From Octopus vulgaris (taxonomy: Eukaryota), in NCBI GenBank assembly GCA_951406725.2, contig OX597819.1, forward strand, positions 70,370,001 through 70,434,000: a stretch of DNA of 64,000 nt. Direction: 5' to 3'. The notes beneath the pieces were generated by a model that saw only the letters and a program-made list of their open reading frames with translations, had not been told where the DNA came from and made no database searches. The translations under genes and the position numbers were made by a program. Below, one piece after another: positions 1 through 12,512 of this stretch. Position 1 is the first letter of the stretch, and every line of letters starts with the position of its first letter.

Positions 1-211
1 TGTGTGTATGTGTATATATATATATCTGTGTATATATATATATATCTGTTAGGACGTACAAGCGTTGGGCCTCGCATTGAGCCTCAGGGAGGCAAAGTGA
101 TTGAGTTCCTTTCGGCATTGGGCTTCACAGAGGCAAAGTGACTGAGTTCCTTTTGGTATTGGGCCTCGGGGTGGCTGAGTTCCTTTCAAGAAAAATCTTC
201 TCACTTACATA

Positions 212-488
212 ACTGGCACTCTGTTAGTTACAATGATGAGGGGTCCAGTTGATCTGATCAGTGGAATAGCCTGTATACGAAATCAACATGCAAGTGGTTG
301 AGCACTCCACTTAACATAACTCTCATAGAAATTTAGTGTGACACAGAATGTGACAAGGCTGGCTGAGAGGACTGGAGCAATGAGAAATAAAGTGCCTTGC
401 TCTGGGACATAATGTACCACCAGGTATTGAACTCATGTCCTTACACTCATGAACCAAATACCCTAACCACTAATCCATGTTCCTTCAC
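212..488 (-). mobile_element. tRNA-derived CORE-type SINE (family C), degenerate copy
   Basis: Reverse complement matches the + copies at 18357-18680 and 25001-25324 (GTGAAGG..CATGG.TTAGTGGTTAGGG head, TTATTTC...GCTCCAGTC core, GAGTGCCA tail). Confidence 0.75.
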
Positions 489-552
489 AAATGTATAGAT
501 ATGTATGCATATATATGTGTGTATGTATATATATATATATATACATACACAC

Positions 553-1252
553 CTGGATGTGTAATGTCAGTGTGCATACATGACAGAGTGTGAGTGCCAT
601 GAGAGAAAAGTTGGACATAAGGAGCATCAGATGTGATGTGCAAGAGAGACTGCTCTGGTATGGTCATGTGTTATGTATGGATGAGGCCAGCTGTGTAAGG
701 AAGTGCCACACCCTAACTGTGGAAGTGGTAGATCCAGGAAGACATGGAATGAGGTGATGAAGCATGAACTTCAAATGTTGGGCCTACAGAGACAATGACA
801 GGAGACTGAGGCCTTTGGAGATATGCTGTGATTGTAAAGACCTGGAAACTAAAGTGAGATTGCAGCCATGGCTGATGCCAGTGTTGCATGTCTGGCCCAT
901 TTAAAAGTAGCCTTGATGCGTTGGGTGATATGATATGCTTGAGAAGACCTGCTGATTCAAGGAAGACCAAAATCGTAGCTGTGACCAGTGCCCCCTGACT
1001 GACTCCCATTCCAGTGACACATAAAATACACCATCCAAACATGGTCGATGCCAGTGCCTCCTGATGCCGGTGGCACGTAAAAAACATCCACTACACTTTC
1101 GGAGTGGTTGGCTGTAGAAAGAGCATCTAGCTGTAGAAATACTGCCAGATCAGATTGGAGCCTGGTGCAGATGCTGGCTTTCCAGACCTCAGTGAATCCG
1201 TCCAACCCATACTAACATGGAAACCGGACGTTAAATGATGGTGATGATGATG
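553..1252 (+). mobile_element. RTE LINE 3' fragment (ORF C-terminus, 3' UTR, (GAT)n tail)
   Basis: TGGATGTGTAATGTCAGTGT..ACAGAG matches 63921-63960 of the young RTE. It continues with a degenerate WYGHV motif and ends ...CCAACCCAT..CATGGAAAC.GGACGTTAAATGATG(GAT)n. Confidence 0.85.
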
Positions 1253-1271
1253 TGTGTGTGTATATATGTGT

Positions 1272-2320
1272 ATCATCATCATTGTCAACATTTGTCATCT
1301 GTTTTCCGTGCTGGCATGGGTTGGACAGCTTCACAGGAACTGACAAGGCCCAGGGCTGCACATGTTCCATAATCTGTTATAGCCTGGTTTCTATGGCTGG
1401 ATGTCCTTCTTGATGCCAGCCACTTTACAGAATGTACTGGGTACTTTTTACATGGTACCAGCACCCACACCAATTTTTTAATGTGGAACCTTGGTTTTAG
1501 GATCTCAGTTCTGCTATGGTGGCCATGTCTTCTTGAGTACTGCAATGTGTCACATATCTCAGTCATCTGTCATCTTCATAATGTTTATAATGTCTTTCTG
1601 GGTTTCCCTTTTCCACAACTTCCCTCTACTAAATGATCAGTTCTTCTTTATGCAACTGTCCTCCACCATCTGCATCACATGACCAAACAAACACCATCTC
1701 TTTTGCATATTGCATATAATTCTTCTTATGGCCAACTTCTCTCTTAACCCATTAAGTCCCACTGTCCTATAAATAGGACACTAAATGAAAACATTAAATA
1801 AGCTATATCACATTGTCTCAGTGCCCTATTTATAGGACACCTAGTATTTCCATTTCTACTTGAAGTAAAGGAGTTTTAATAATTATATTTTTCATTTTAA
1901 CCTATTTTCAATCATCTGTGAAAATTTAAAAGTAATATTCAAAAATTTAAGTACTCTGGGACTTAACGGGTTAATAAAATATTGTTCTGTCACATATGCA
2001 CACATCCAGTGGAGTATATCAGCTTCGTTCCTCTCTAGCCTTCATGTGTCCTCCCCATTCAGGGCCCATGTCTCACTACCATGTAGCATCACAGTTTGCA
2101 CACATGTATTGTACAATCTTCCCTTCATGCAAAGAGAGAGAGAGAGAAAGAGACCTTACATTGCCATTAGAGGTAAAAGCCCTCTGAATTTTCTCCATTC
2201 TATTCTTATTCTAGCAGTTTCACATTTTGTACAATCTCTTCCACAGCTAATTAGGTCACCTAGGTAGCAAAAATTATCTATAACTTCCAGAAAGCCACCA
2301 AGGTATTTAAGGCAATCCGT
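1272..2320 (-). mobile_element. Old RTE LINE 3' fragment, interrupted by a TTAA MITE
   Basis: The (ATC)n tail end is at ~1272. 1975-2290 is antisense to the RTE region encoding FxYLGD...RIRI...GxETW...WMC. Confidence 0.7.
1748..1970. mobile_element. piggyBac-type MITE
   Basis: TTAA on both sides (1744-1747, 1971-1974); TIRs CCCATTAAGTCCCA / TGGGACTTAACGGG; internal near-palindromes GTCCTATAAATAGGAC and GCCCTATTTATAGGAC. Confidence 0.85.
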
Positions 2321-2454
2321 TTCCCATATATGTGGGCTTTATGACTTCCATATGGCATCTTCCACATACAAACACTAGTTTCCTTGTTAACCTTCCTACT
2401 GTTCCACTGCACAGGGTGCACCAAATATATATGTGTATGTGTGTGTGTGTGTGT

Positions 2455-2780
2455 ATAAGTTCCACTGTATGGATCCTTGGGCAAGTGTCTTCTACAATAG
2501 CTCCAGGCAGACCAACGCCATCTGAGGAAATGTGATAGATGGAAACTGTGTGGAAACCTGTTGTGTGTGTGTGTGTGTGTCTTTGTGTTTGTTCATCACC
2601 ACCACTTCGTAACCAGTGTTGGTTTGTTTACATCCCCATTTGTTAGTGGTTCTGCAAAAAATAAGTATCAAGCTGAAAGTAAAAATAAGTGCTGGGGGTC
2701 GATTTATTTGACTAAAATCCTTCAAGGTGATGCCCCAGCCTGGCCACAGTCCAGTGACTAAAACAAGTAAAAGGTAAAAG
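2455..2780 (+). mobile_element. tRNA-derived SINE (family A), 5'-truncated
   Basis: CCTTGGGCAAGTGTCTTCTAC...(TG)n...CCCCAGC.TGGCCACAGT...AAACAAGTAAAAG, shared with 30271-30668. Confidence 0.75.
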
Positions 2781-3414
2781 CTAAGATATATGTGTCTGTT
2801 TTTGTGTTTGTTACCATATTGCGTGACAACCGGTGCTGGTTTGTTTACGTCACCATAACTAGCAGTTCGACAAAAAAAAACGATGAAATAATTACCAGAC
2901 CTTAAAATTTTTTTTAAATAGCACAGGGTCAATTCGTTAGAATAAACTTCTCAATGTAGTGCTCCATCATGGCCGCAGTTCAATGATGGAAACAAGTAAA
3001 ATAAATAAATAATAATAATTAAGTTTAAGTACAAAACAACGGCGGCAATGTCGATCTAAAATAAAATTATGTTCCTTTTTTGCTTCCGTAGATAAAGTTG
3101 GCTTGCTTACTCAGCTGATACAGTTATGTTCTGTGAAAACTGAGCCGCCGGTAATTGCAGTCCTTCTATGTTTCCTCTCTTCTCTATTTCTCTATCATTC
3201 TACACTTTTACACTTTCTCACACATACAGCACTAAAAGTAGTTCACTTATTCGTCTGTCCCTTCGCTTGCGTCGGAGTTTAATGCCAAAAGTTCCATAAA
3301 GGGAGAGGAAGAAATCAAACCCCCATAACTGCACTACATCACACAGCACCACTTGGAATAAGGACTATATAAATATATAGACGAAATAATTATATTTATG
3401 TATATATCTATGTA

Positions 3415-3456
<42 letters not shown>

Positions 3457-4184
3457 CTATGTAGAATATATATATATATATATATATATCGGTGTTTGGG
3501 TCTACAAACATTAAATGGTTGTAAAGTTTCTGCTCTAATCTTATCGTAAATCTTTCCTCACTTCTCAAAGAAGCATGAAAGCAATCTTCACACCGACATG
3601 GACGCCCGTGTCTATGCTTGATTTTCTATCTTTGTGTCTTTAAGAAAGAATTATTTTAGTATATTTTCTTTATGTTATTCTCTGTGGAAGTGAAGGCTTT
3701 CATCAATTTTAATTAAGAGCGATTATTCTACTATATCTTTTTTTTTTTGTTTTAGGTGGGAAGGATTTAGATTGGAATGCCAGAATGGGTTAGACTGTGA
3801 ACTATTTTATATTATTGCTACATTATTATATATCATATATTAATATTATCATCGCTACTCTAAGAATCTTTTACTTCATTTCATAGTTTTGGAAAAATAG
3901 ATGCTACTCTATAGGACCATTCTTTTATAAATCTGAAGTTTTGTGTGCAGTGATTAAAAAAGTGACATTTCCCGCCCCATTCCAAAACAAACATATTCTA
4001 AATTCTTCTAAGAATATTTTAGGGTTCATATTACAAATATTAATCGCTAATACTATTATTATATAAATGCAGAAGGCGGAAAATGTGACATATTTTAGAC
4101 AAAGGAGAAAAATAAGAGCGAAGCAACGAATTTTAAAATCACAGTAAGAAAAATTATATAACATAAATGTATGTGCATTGAATA

Positions 4185-4331
4185 ACCAGACGATAACCAG
4201 TCAATAATTAACAATAACCAGATGATTATTAGTAATAACCAGACTAATTATTAAGTACCAGACGATAAGTATCAGTAAACCAGACGACACTTCAAATGGA
4301 TTATACACGGCACTTGGCAAGACCAGACGAT
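4185..4331 (+). repeat. Degenerate minisatellite of ACCAGACGA-like cores
   Basis: Seven cores at 4185, 4196, 4217, 4238, 4257, 4279, 4322. Confidence 0.75.
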
Positions 4332-4774
4332 TACAAAAAAACATTAATATTTCAAGAAAACTGGAAAGCGGCGCAAAGGAGGTAGCAGATAACAAAGAAG
4401 GAAGTGTCGGCTGTATTTTGTCTTCCGCAGGATTCTCTTTTGTAAACACACACAGACAGAGAGAGTGAGAGAGAGTTTGAGAGACTGAATCGGTCACCAA
4501 AGCAAATGCAAGCCACACAACACAACACAACACAACACTGCAATATTAGTTAATGTATTTATTATCATCACCACAGTCGTTATTATCATTACTGTTATCG
4601 TTGTCATTATAAACGTTAACAGAATTAATTAAATGATAATAACAAGCATGATGATAAAGAATGTTAGTGATTAATTTGGGATGGCAAACACATGAAATTT
4701 TGATACGGGTTCCTCGTTGTTGCCAAATATTTAAACTCAATGGCATTGTAGTAGCTTGAGCAAGACACGTGTGC

Positions 4775-4817
<43 letters not shown>

Positions 4818-5042
4818 GATGTGTATCTATATGATTGCTGTATTGGATTTATAACGATATTAATATAAATAACGATACACACTGTACAGTTTTAAAATGG
4901 TCAGCGATATTTGATAATATATTCCAACTGACGATAATAATAATAATAAATGATAATAATATATTCTAATAAACTGCCCGGTATTTAAGAGTAATTCATT
5001 CGTGGTATATTTACAAACAAACAAAACACCCGAGGAAGGATT

Positions 5043-5093
5043 ATGGCAGCAGAGAACAAGCGACCACCCGTCACTATTAGCGAATTGGTGCAG
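5043..5093 (+). CDS. Candidate first coding exon of an unidentified gene (MAAENKRPPVTISELVQ)
   Basis: Strong start context ATTATGG, 17 GC-balanced codons in unique sequence, consensus phase-0 donor CAG|GTAAGT, inside the CpG-retaining region. Protein not recognised. Confidence 0.6.
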
Positions 5094-5331
5094 GTAAGTC
5101 TTGTGTTCTTTGTACATTAGTTCTTCTGTTGGTGGTGGTATAGAAGCATGGACATTTCCATGTCTTCATCTATCTGTCTGTCTGTCTAAGTGTGTGTGTG
5201 TGTATGTGATTTGGTCTCCACCCTAACTATACAAATTTAAGGAATCTTTCTGTAATATCTCTCAATCTCTCTCTCTCTCTTGCAAAGAGTTAGTGAATTT
5301 GTGCCCGTTGTGGGTGTCAGCCTTTTAATAT

Positions 5332-5377
<46 letters not shown>

Positions 5378-5504
5378 AGGGAGAGAGATGTGTGTGTATA
5401 GTGTATATGTGTTTATATGGATGTATATAAATATACACACTATACATATGGACTTATATAAATGCATACACATACACACATACATATTCAAAGACACCCA
5501 CAGC

Positions 5505-5541
<37 letters not shown>

Positions 5542-5689
5542 GACCGTATTAAAAAAGATCAGTTTGAATTTAGGACCGTAAAAGCTAAGACACCCCCCAC
5601 CCGATGTTTATATTGTGGTCAGGTCGGTACGGTGGGGTCGTTTATAAAATAATTTGTTTCGAATTTTGACATGAGCCCTGTAATTTTAA

Positions 5690-5870
5690 CGCACAGGAGC
5701 TTAGTCGTTACCCTTGACCCCTACTACTTGTCTGGTACTTTATTTTATCGACCCCCTGGAAGAATGAAAGTCAAATGTGTCCTTGGCGGAATTCGAACTC
5801 AGAACGTTTACAGCCGGAAGAAATACTGCAAAGCATTTTTATTCGCCGGCGCTCTAACGATTCTGCCCAT
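5690..5870 (-). mobile_element. tRNA-derived SINE (family B, Meta-domain-like) with intact CpGs
   Basis: GGTACTT..TTTATCGACCCC..GA.GAATGAAAG.CAAA...GGCGGAATT.GAACTCAGAAC, antisense to 13361-13575. Confidence 0.75.
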
Positions 5871-6475
5871 GTTTTATAATATGCTTCATTTACAAGCTGT
5901 CAGTTCAACCGTGACGGTTTGATAGTAGTTTTTCACATATATAAACATATATAAATGTGTGTATGGGGGAGGGGAGATTTGCCGTTCATTTCATTGAGAT
6001 CGATAAATAAATTATCGATTTTATATTGATTGGGTGTCGATTACAGTGATTTGAGCACTCACCTTCTTCTCTACAAAAGAATAGAACTGTTCGAAATGTT
6101 GGGCCTGGCCCTAGTAATAAGATATTCTCCCACACCCTTAGAGGTCCCCTACATGTGGTCGCTCGAAATAATAGCTAAATCTCTCTCATATCACCCTGGT
6201 TGTTTGTTGTCTTAAAGGAAGGACACATGAGATAATGGTTGTTCTATACTTTAATAACAAACGGAACGATGGTCGCAGCTGGAATGTTTATGATCACGTA
6301 TCTCTTGGATGTTGGGCTGACCTGGGGTTAAACAGCAGCTACCACGCACAAACACACGCCTTCATACATGGACATTATTTATGGTGTGTGTATACATACA
6401 TGTACATAAAGATATCCATACATGTGTATACTTACACCCATCTGTGTGTGTGTATATATATATACATGCACACAC

Positions 6476-6533
<58 letters not shown>

Positions 6534-6613
6534 GTCTGTCTGTTTATCCATCTCTCTTTCTCTCTCTCTCTATCTATCCATCTGTCTGTCCATCTCTCTG
6601 TCTATTTATCTAT

Positions 6614-6647
<34 letters not shown>

Positions 6648-6657
6648 CTGTCTGTCC

Positions 6658-6738
<81 letters not shown>

Positions 6739-6775
6739 ATCTGTCTGTCTGTCTATAAAGATAGATAGATAAATA
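6476..6775. repeat. (TATC)n/(TC)n compound microsatellite
   Basis: Directly visible; source of the IYLS-repeat ORFs. Confidence 0.95.
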
Positions 6776-7012
6776 AATAGATGTGTGTGTGTGTATGTGT
6801 GTTTGTGTGGTTATACCCAGGGCTAGTTTCTGATATCTGTTGTGAGAAGGAATGCGACGACCAGAGTCCCAACCATTCCAAGCAAGTTCTTGCCACAATC
6901 CTATGTTAGCCTGCTAACACCAACAGCATCGCTACCCGGGGCACTAATGCTTCTGTTGTGCAACAATAATTATAATTATATTGCTGCAATGACGGGTGGC
7001 CGAATGTCTACA

Positions 7013-7068
<56 letters not shown>

Positions 7069-7782
7069 TATACATACACACCCACACATCACCCATGTGT
7101 GGTCGTCATCAGCACCATCATCATTTAACATAAGTATATATATATATGTGTGTGTATGTGTGTATATGTATGTATACATGTTATGATGTGTGTATATAGA
7201 GGATTTAGCTTACTTTTTTATCTTCCAAAACCCAGTAAATTTGCAGGCCACATGCTTTGGGTGTGTGTGTGTCTTTAGGGGTGAATATACACACACACAC
7301 ACACGCACATATTTATAATATGTTTGTGTGCAAAGTTTATAAAATTTAACATCTATTAATTTTTAATTTATTAATTTCTCTCTCACATATATTGCATATA
7401 TAAAATATGATTTTAATGCCATACATATGTAGGTGTTTATATAGTTTCTGAAATACACGGATGTATGTATGTATACACACACACACACACACACAGACAC
7501 GTGTGTGTATGTATTTATGTGTGTGTGCACTTACGTTTAGTGTTTCGTTCTAAGGCATATATATAAAATTAGCACTGTCACATCACTGAAGACTGGACCT
7601 TTGGATATGTGTCTGCTACACTGCTTGAAAATAAAAAATAAATCGCTTAATTCCTTTCAAGCCATTCTTTGATTCTAATCGAATGAAGCTTGTTAAGTAA
7701 AATTGGTTGGTTTCTTTTGCCAGATTGTAAAGATATTGCATGTGAGAGGAGCCAAATGATTCCATATCACACACACATACAT

Positions 7783-7815
<33 letters not shown>

Positions 7816-8276
7816 TGTGTGCATGTGTATGTATATATGTATGTATTGTATATGCACCTGTTTTGTTAATTTTGTATGTGTATGTATGTGTGTGTTTGTA
7901 TGTGTGTATACATATATATATATATGAGGGGGTGTTGGGTGTGTCTATACATGTGCTTAAATGTATGCATATGTATTTGTGTGTGAATGAATATATATAT
8001 ATATATATATATATAGGAAATGGAGAGACTGAGGAATCTGTGTTAACATGCATATGTTTGGGTTTTTATTCATTGTATATATCGCCTCCTGTGTGTATAT
8101 GTTGATAAATGTTGCCATTTCATTCTGTTTACTTAATATAAATGTTTTTGTTGTCAGAAAGTGTGTGTGGGTTATATAATATTTCGGTAAACAGTCAGAA
8201 ATTCTGTTCTCACCTTTTTACTACACTTTGTCTCTGTTCTATCTATCTGTCTGTCTGTCTGTCTGACAATCTATCA

Positions 8277-8321
<45 letters not shown>

Positions 8322-8330
8322 CCTGTTTAC

Positions 8331-8371
<41 letters not shown>

Positions 8372-8382
8372 ATCTCCATCCA

Positions 8383-8424
<42 letters not shown>

Positions 8425-8825
8425 TATATATATCATGATCATCATCGTTTAACGTCCGTTCTCCTTGCTAGCATGGGTTGGACAGTTCGACCAGGGATGT
8501 ATACAAAATTTATCTGATCACTGATATATAAATTTGTCATTTGTCTTTTATTTTTTCTTTAAAAAAAAGGGGGGGTTTTCTATGATATTGAGATGGACTG
8601 GAAAGAAAAAATAAATATTGGTTTATTGTTTAACATGATGTAGTAAGTTGTGTGTAGTTAGTTTGCTTCTCAACCACATGGTTCTGGGTTCAGTCCCACT
8701 GCATAGCACCTGTCTTTGGCAAGTGTCTTCTGCTATCTATAACCTTGGGCTGACCAAAGCCTTTGAGTGGATCTGATAGATAGAAACTGAAATTGGCTAA
8801 ACTGGCAAAATGACCATTCTGAAAT

Positions 8826-8981
<156 letters not shown>

Positions 8982-9103
8982 AAATAATTGAGATTCGGTT
9001 GAATTAGGTACTTAAGTTGAAGCACCAAGTCAGTGCGGTATTATCTGTACAACTCAAAGTAAGGTGAATAAAATCAAAATAAGCAACAGGATATTAAGAG
9101 GTG

Positions 9104-9191
9104 ATGCAGTACGACCGTTTCAAGCACCTCCATTTAATTGAACAATGCAATCATTACATCAATTTAAATGCAGGGCTATCCTCAGCTGCAT
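9104..9191 (-). ncRNA. Minimal type I hammerhead ribozyme
   Basis: ATGCAG-CTGAGGA-[long helix II: AGC/GCT, CCT/AGG, CATTTA/TAAATG, ATTGA/TCAAT]-GAAA-CGGTCG-TA-CTGCAT. Helix I is 6 bp; GUA cleavage triplet. Confidence 0.75.
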
Positions 9192-9703
9192 AAATAAATG
9201 GAATTTTTAATCAGTTGGACACATTAATATAATTTTACTCAGATTCTCTAATAGAGCAAGAAGAGGGAGATAGTCCATGTTGCTACTAATGTAACTCAGA
9301 ATATACTACACTTCTAAGAACAGTATGAAGTTTGTTCGGTCATAGCTTGTAAAGGATTGTGGTTCACTTTTAATTTATTGTTTTTTTTTTTTTTTATCAA
9401 CTACCAAATCTAAGGCTAGAGGACAGTCTCTGTTTAGAATGGATAGACAGAGTGAGTTGAGAGTTTATAGTTGGGTATGGTCATAAATATTGTCAGGATT
9501 TTAGGAAAAAAAACTAATAAATTAAAAATGAACCACAATCCTTTACAAGCTAAAACCCTAACAAACTTCATTCAGTTCTTAGAAGTGTAGTATATTTTAA
9601 GTTACATTAGTAGCAACATGGACTTTTCCCTCTTTTTGCTCTATTAGAGAATTTGAGTAAAATTATGTTAATGTGTCCAACTGATTAAAAATTCTATTTA
9701 TTT

Positions 9704-9791
9704 ATGTAGCTGAGGATAGCCCAGCATTTAAATTGATGTAATGATTGCATTGTTCAATTAAATGGAGCCACTTGAAACGGTCGTACTGCAT
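9704..9791 (+). ncRNA. Minimal type I hammerhead ribozyme (inverted partner copy)
   Basis: ATGTAG-CTGAGGA-[helix II]-GAAA-CGGTCG-TA-CTGCAT. Core intact; base of helix II more mismatched than in the left copy. Confidence 0.7.
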
Positions 9792-11073
9792 CACCTCTTG
9801 ATATGTTGCTTATTTTGATTTGATATATATCTATATGTATTTGTTTTTGTGTCTGTGTTTGTCTGAGACCAATAGAGTAAGTACTAAGCATAAAAATATA
9901 AGTCCTGGAGTCAATCCATTTGGCTAAAATTCTTCAAAGTAGTGCTCTAGCATGACAGCTGTCCAATGACTGAAAAAAGATAAATATATCCATTCAGTGG
10001 GCTTCTCTACAGTTTCCACTTACACAATTCTACCTACAAGGTATGGGTTCACCAAAGATTTTAGTAAATGGCATTTACCCAAGATGCTACATAGTGAGTT
10101 TGAACCTGGAACCTTGTGATTGTGAAGTGAATTTGTTGACCACTCTGGCCACTCTGTATCTATGATAAATTAAGTATAAGTAACTAAAACTGTTGTCGGT
10201 TTATTGTGCTATTGTCCTCCCATACAAATATTTATTGGCCAGGTGCCAAATCAAAAGAAATCAATAACTTTTATTCTAATGTTGGTATAATGTTCCTAAG
10301 CCATATTGTAAATAAACGAAGCAACACTCTGGCTTTATCACATGGTCAGACTTGCCAAAAAAAAACGATTTTAATTGCCGTGTTGATGGTATCTTGTAAG
10401 AAGGCAATGTGGGGTTGAAACACAAGAGAAAGGCCATGGATATGAAAGGTCTTAGGGAAATGTGAGAGATGTAGTGATGGCAGTGTACACTGGTTCCAGT
10501 TAGGACGGGTTGTATCTCAATTCACTTGTCCTCCTACCTAGCTGGTGCTGAATTTAAGGAGGACAGCATTACAGTTATTTGAAAACTGAAGAATAAAGCA
10601 GAAAATGCTTCATCATGGATATGCCAGACACACGTCGTAAGAAGATGAAAACTTTACGGCAGTGAATAGTAAAATGTAATATTTGTCGCATGCATGGATT
10701 GGTTACAACTGCACTCAGTTTGGTGCAGTAGCTGCATAGATGTTGGAATAGCATGGAGAAAAGACATGCTACATTAATGGATCCTTTTTGAGGTATTTCC
10801 TTTTGGTGGTTCAATTTTGTTAATTAGGTTATTAATTAACTTGATATACTACATAGCTTTTCCATTCATATCAACACAAAATCACCACACATGTTTCCTC
10901 AGAATCCGTATCTTATGTTTTCGTAGTTGCCACAACTGACAGACTATAGTAAAATTTGCCAAAGTATCACAGAATGCTTTCCACAATCCTTTGTTACTAC
11001 AATCAATAAACAAAGTTGTATCCCTGTGAGTGTGCCCCCCTTTGTGTGTGTGTGTGTTACAAAATTCAAGAAT

Positions 11074-11428
11074 CAGGAGTGGGTCTGTGGTAAGTAGCAT
11101 GCTAACCAACCACATGGTTACGAGTTCAGTCCTACTGCGTGGCACCTTGGGCGAGTGTTTTCTACTATAGCCTCGGGCCAACCAAAGCCTTGTGAGTGGA
11201 TTTGGTAGATGGAAACTGAAAGAAGCCCATATGTATATGTGTGTGTGTGTGTGTTTGTCCCCTCAGCATCGCTTGACAACCGATGCTGGTGTATTTACGT
11301 CCCCTGTAACTTAGTTTAGCAAAAGTGACCGATAGAATAATTACTAGGCTTACAAAGAATAAGTCCTGGGGCCGATTTGCTTGACTAAAGGTGGTGCTCC
11401 AGTATGGCCACAGTCAAATGACTGAAGA
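11074..11428 (+). mobile_element. tRNA-derived SINE (family A)
   Basis: A-box-like TGTGGTAAG, B-box-like GAGTTCAGTCC, CCTTGGGCGAGTGT core, internal (TG)n, family tail. Confidence 0.85.
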
Positions 11429-11609
11429 TACATTGGCTTTTGTTTCCATTCTTGAAAGGTCATATCCTGTTTTGAAAAATCCGTGAAGACTTAAGAGAAT
11501 GCGCGTGCACACACACACACACACACACACACACAATAGCAGTCTATCCCAGACATTTCTAAACAATGTGCTGCTGTTTCAGTATGCTGTGTATGGACTC
11601 CTGAGGGAA

Positions 11610-11851
11610 TATCTTTTACTTGTGTCAGTCATTAGACTATGGCCATGCTGGGACACTGGTTAAAGAATTGTTTTGTCAAATGAATTAACCCTCCTTTTTT
11701 TCTTTTCTTTTTTTTTGAAGCCTGGTTCTTATTCTGTTGGTCTGTTTTGCCAAACCACTAAGTTGCTGAGATGTAAATAGCTGAACCACTAAGTTTCAGG
11801 GATTTAAACAAAACCAACATCAAATGTCAAGTGGTGGTGGGGGACAAACCA

Positions 11852-11889
<38 letters not shown>

Positions 11890-12020
11890 AACACAATGCT
11901 TCTTTCAGCTTCCGTCTGCCAGATGCACTCACAAGGCTTTGTTCAGCTTGAGGCCACCGTAGGAGAAACCTGCCCAAGGTGCCGCTCAAACTGAACTTGG
12001 AACCATGTGATTGGGAAGCT
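11610..12020 (-). mobile_element. tRNA-derived SINE (family A), diverged
   Basis: Antisense to 11074-11428. Confidence 0.75.
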
Positions 12021-12481
12021 CGATGTATATGATCCAGTATAAGAAATGGCTTTTATATTCTAGGAGTGCACTGAGGTCCATGGGGCTGAGGTTAGGAAAA
12101 CGGTGACACTAAAAGCCTTACACATGAACCGAAAAGTGGAACACCTGCTTTCTACCATTTACATCATTACTCTGATGAGTTTTCCAGTTGTGATTATTTT
12201 GTCATCCTTTTAGGGTTACCCAGGCTTGAATTATTTGAAGTGTCCTCTACCCACCTTTCTTTTAAAGGTAAAGTGTGACTTTTGAAGAAGGTCTGGTTAT
12301 TATTTCTGGCAGATTGAGAGACCATATAGAGGCTCCCTAGTTGGTTCGTAATGATGTTTATATTAAACAACATAGGTAGATAGATAGCTAAAAGGAATGA
12401 CCACTAGATAGACTGACAGACAGATAGCTTGAGAGAGAGATAAGTAGACATAGAGAGATAGGCAGACAAATAGATAGATAG

Positions 12482-12512
<31 letters not shown>

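Larger units (their letters stand above)
2820..6400. promoter_or_regulatory. CpG-retaining, promoter-like (probably hypomethylated) region
   Basis: CpGs are visibly frequent in unique DNA and in SINE copies here (e.g. 5700-5870), while most old repeats elsewhere show CG>TG/CA decay. Contains the candidate first coding exon. Confidence 0.5.

Noticed and set aside
11074-11150. tRNA genes suggested by A/B boxes
   Set aside because: These are SINE heads that continue into SINE bodies and do not form full cloverleafs.
12064-12210. Possible exon after TTCTAG (ECTEVHGAE...)
   Set aside because: No strong donor and no recognisable peptide.
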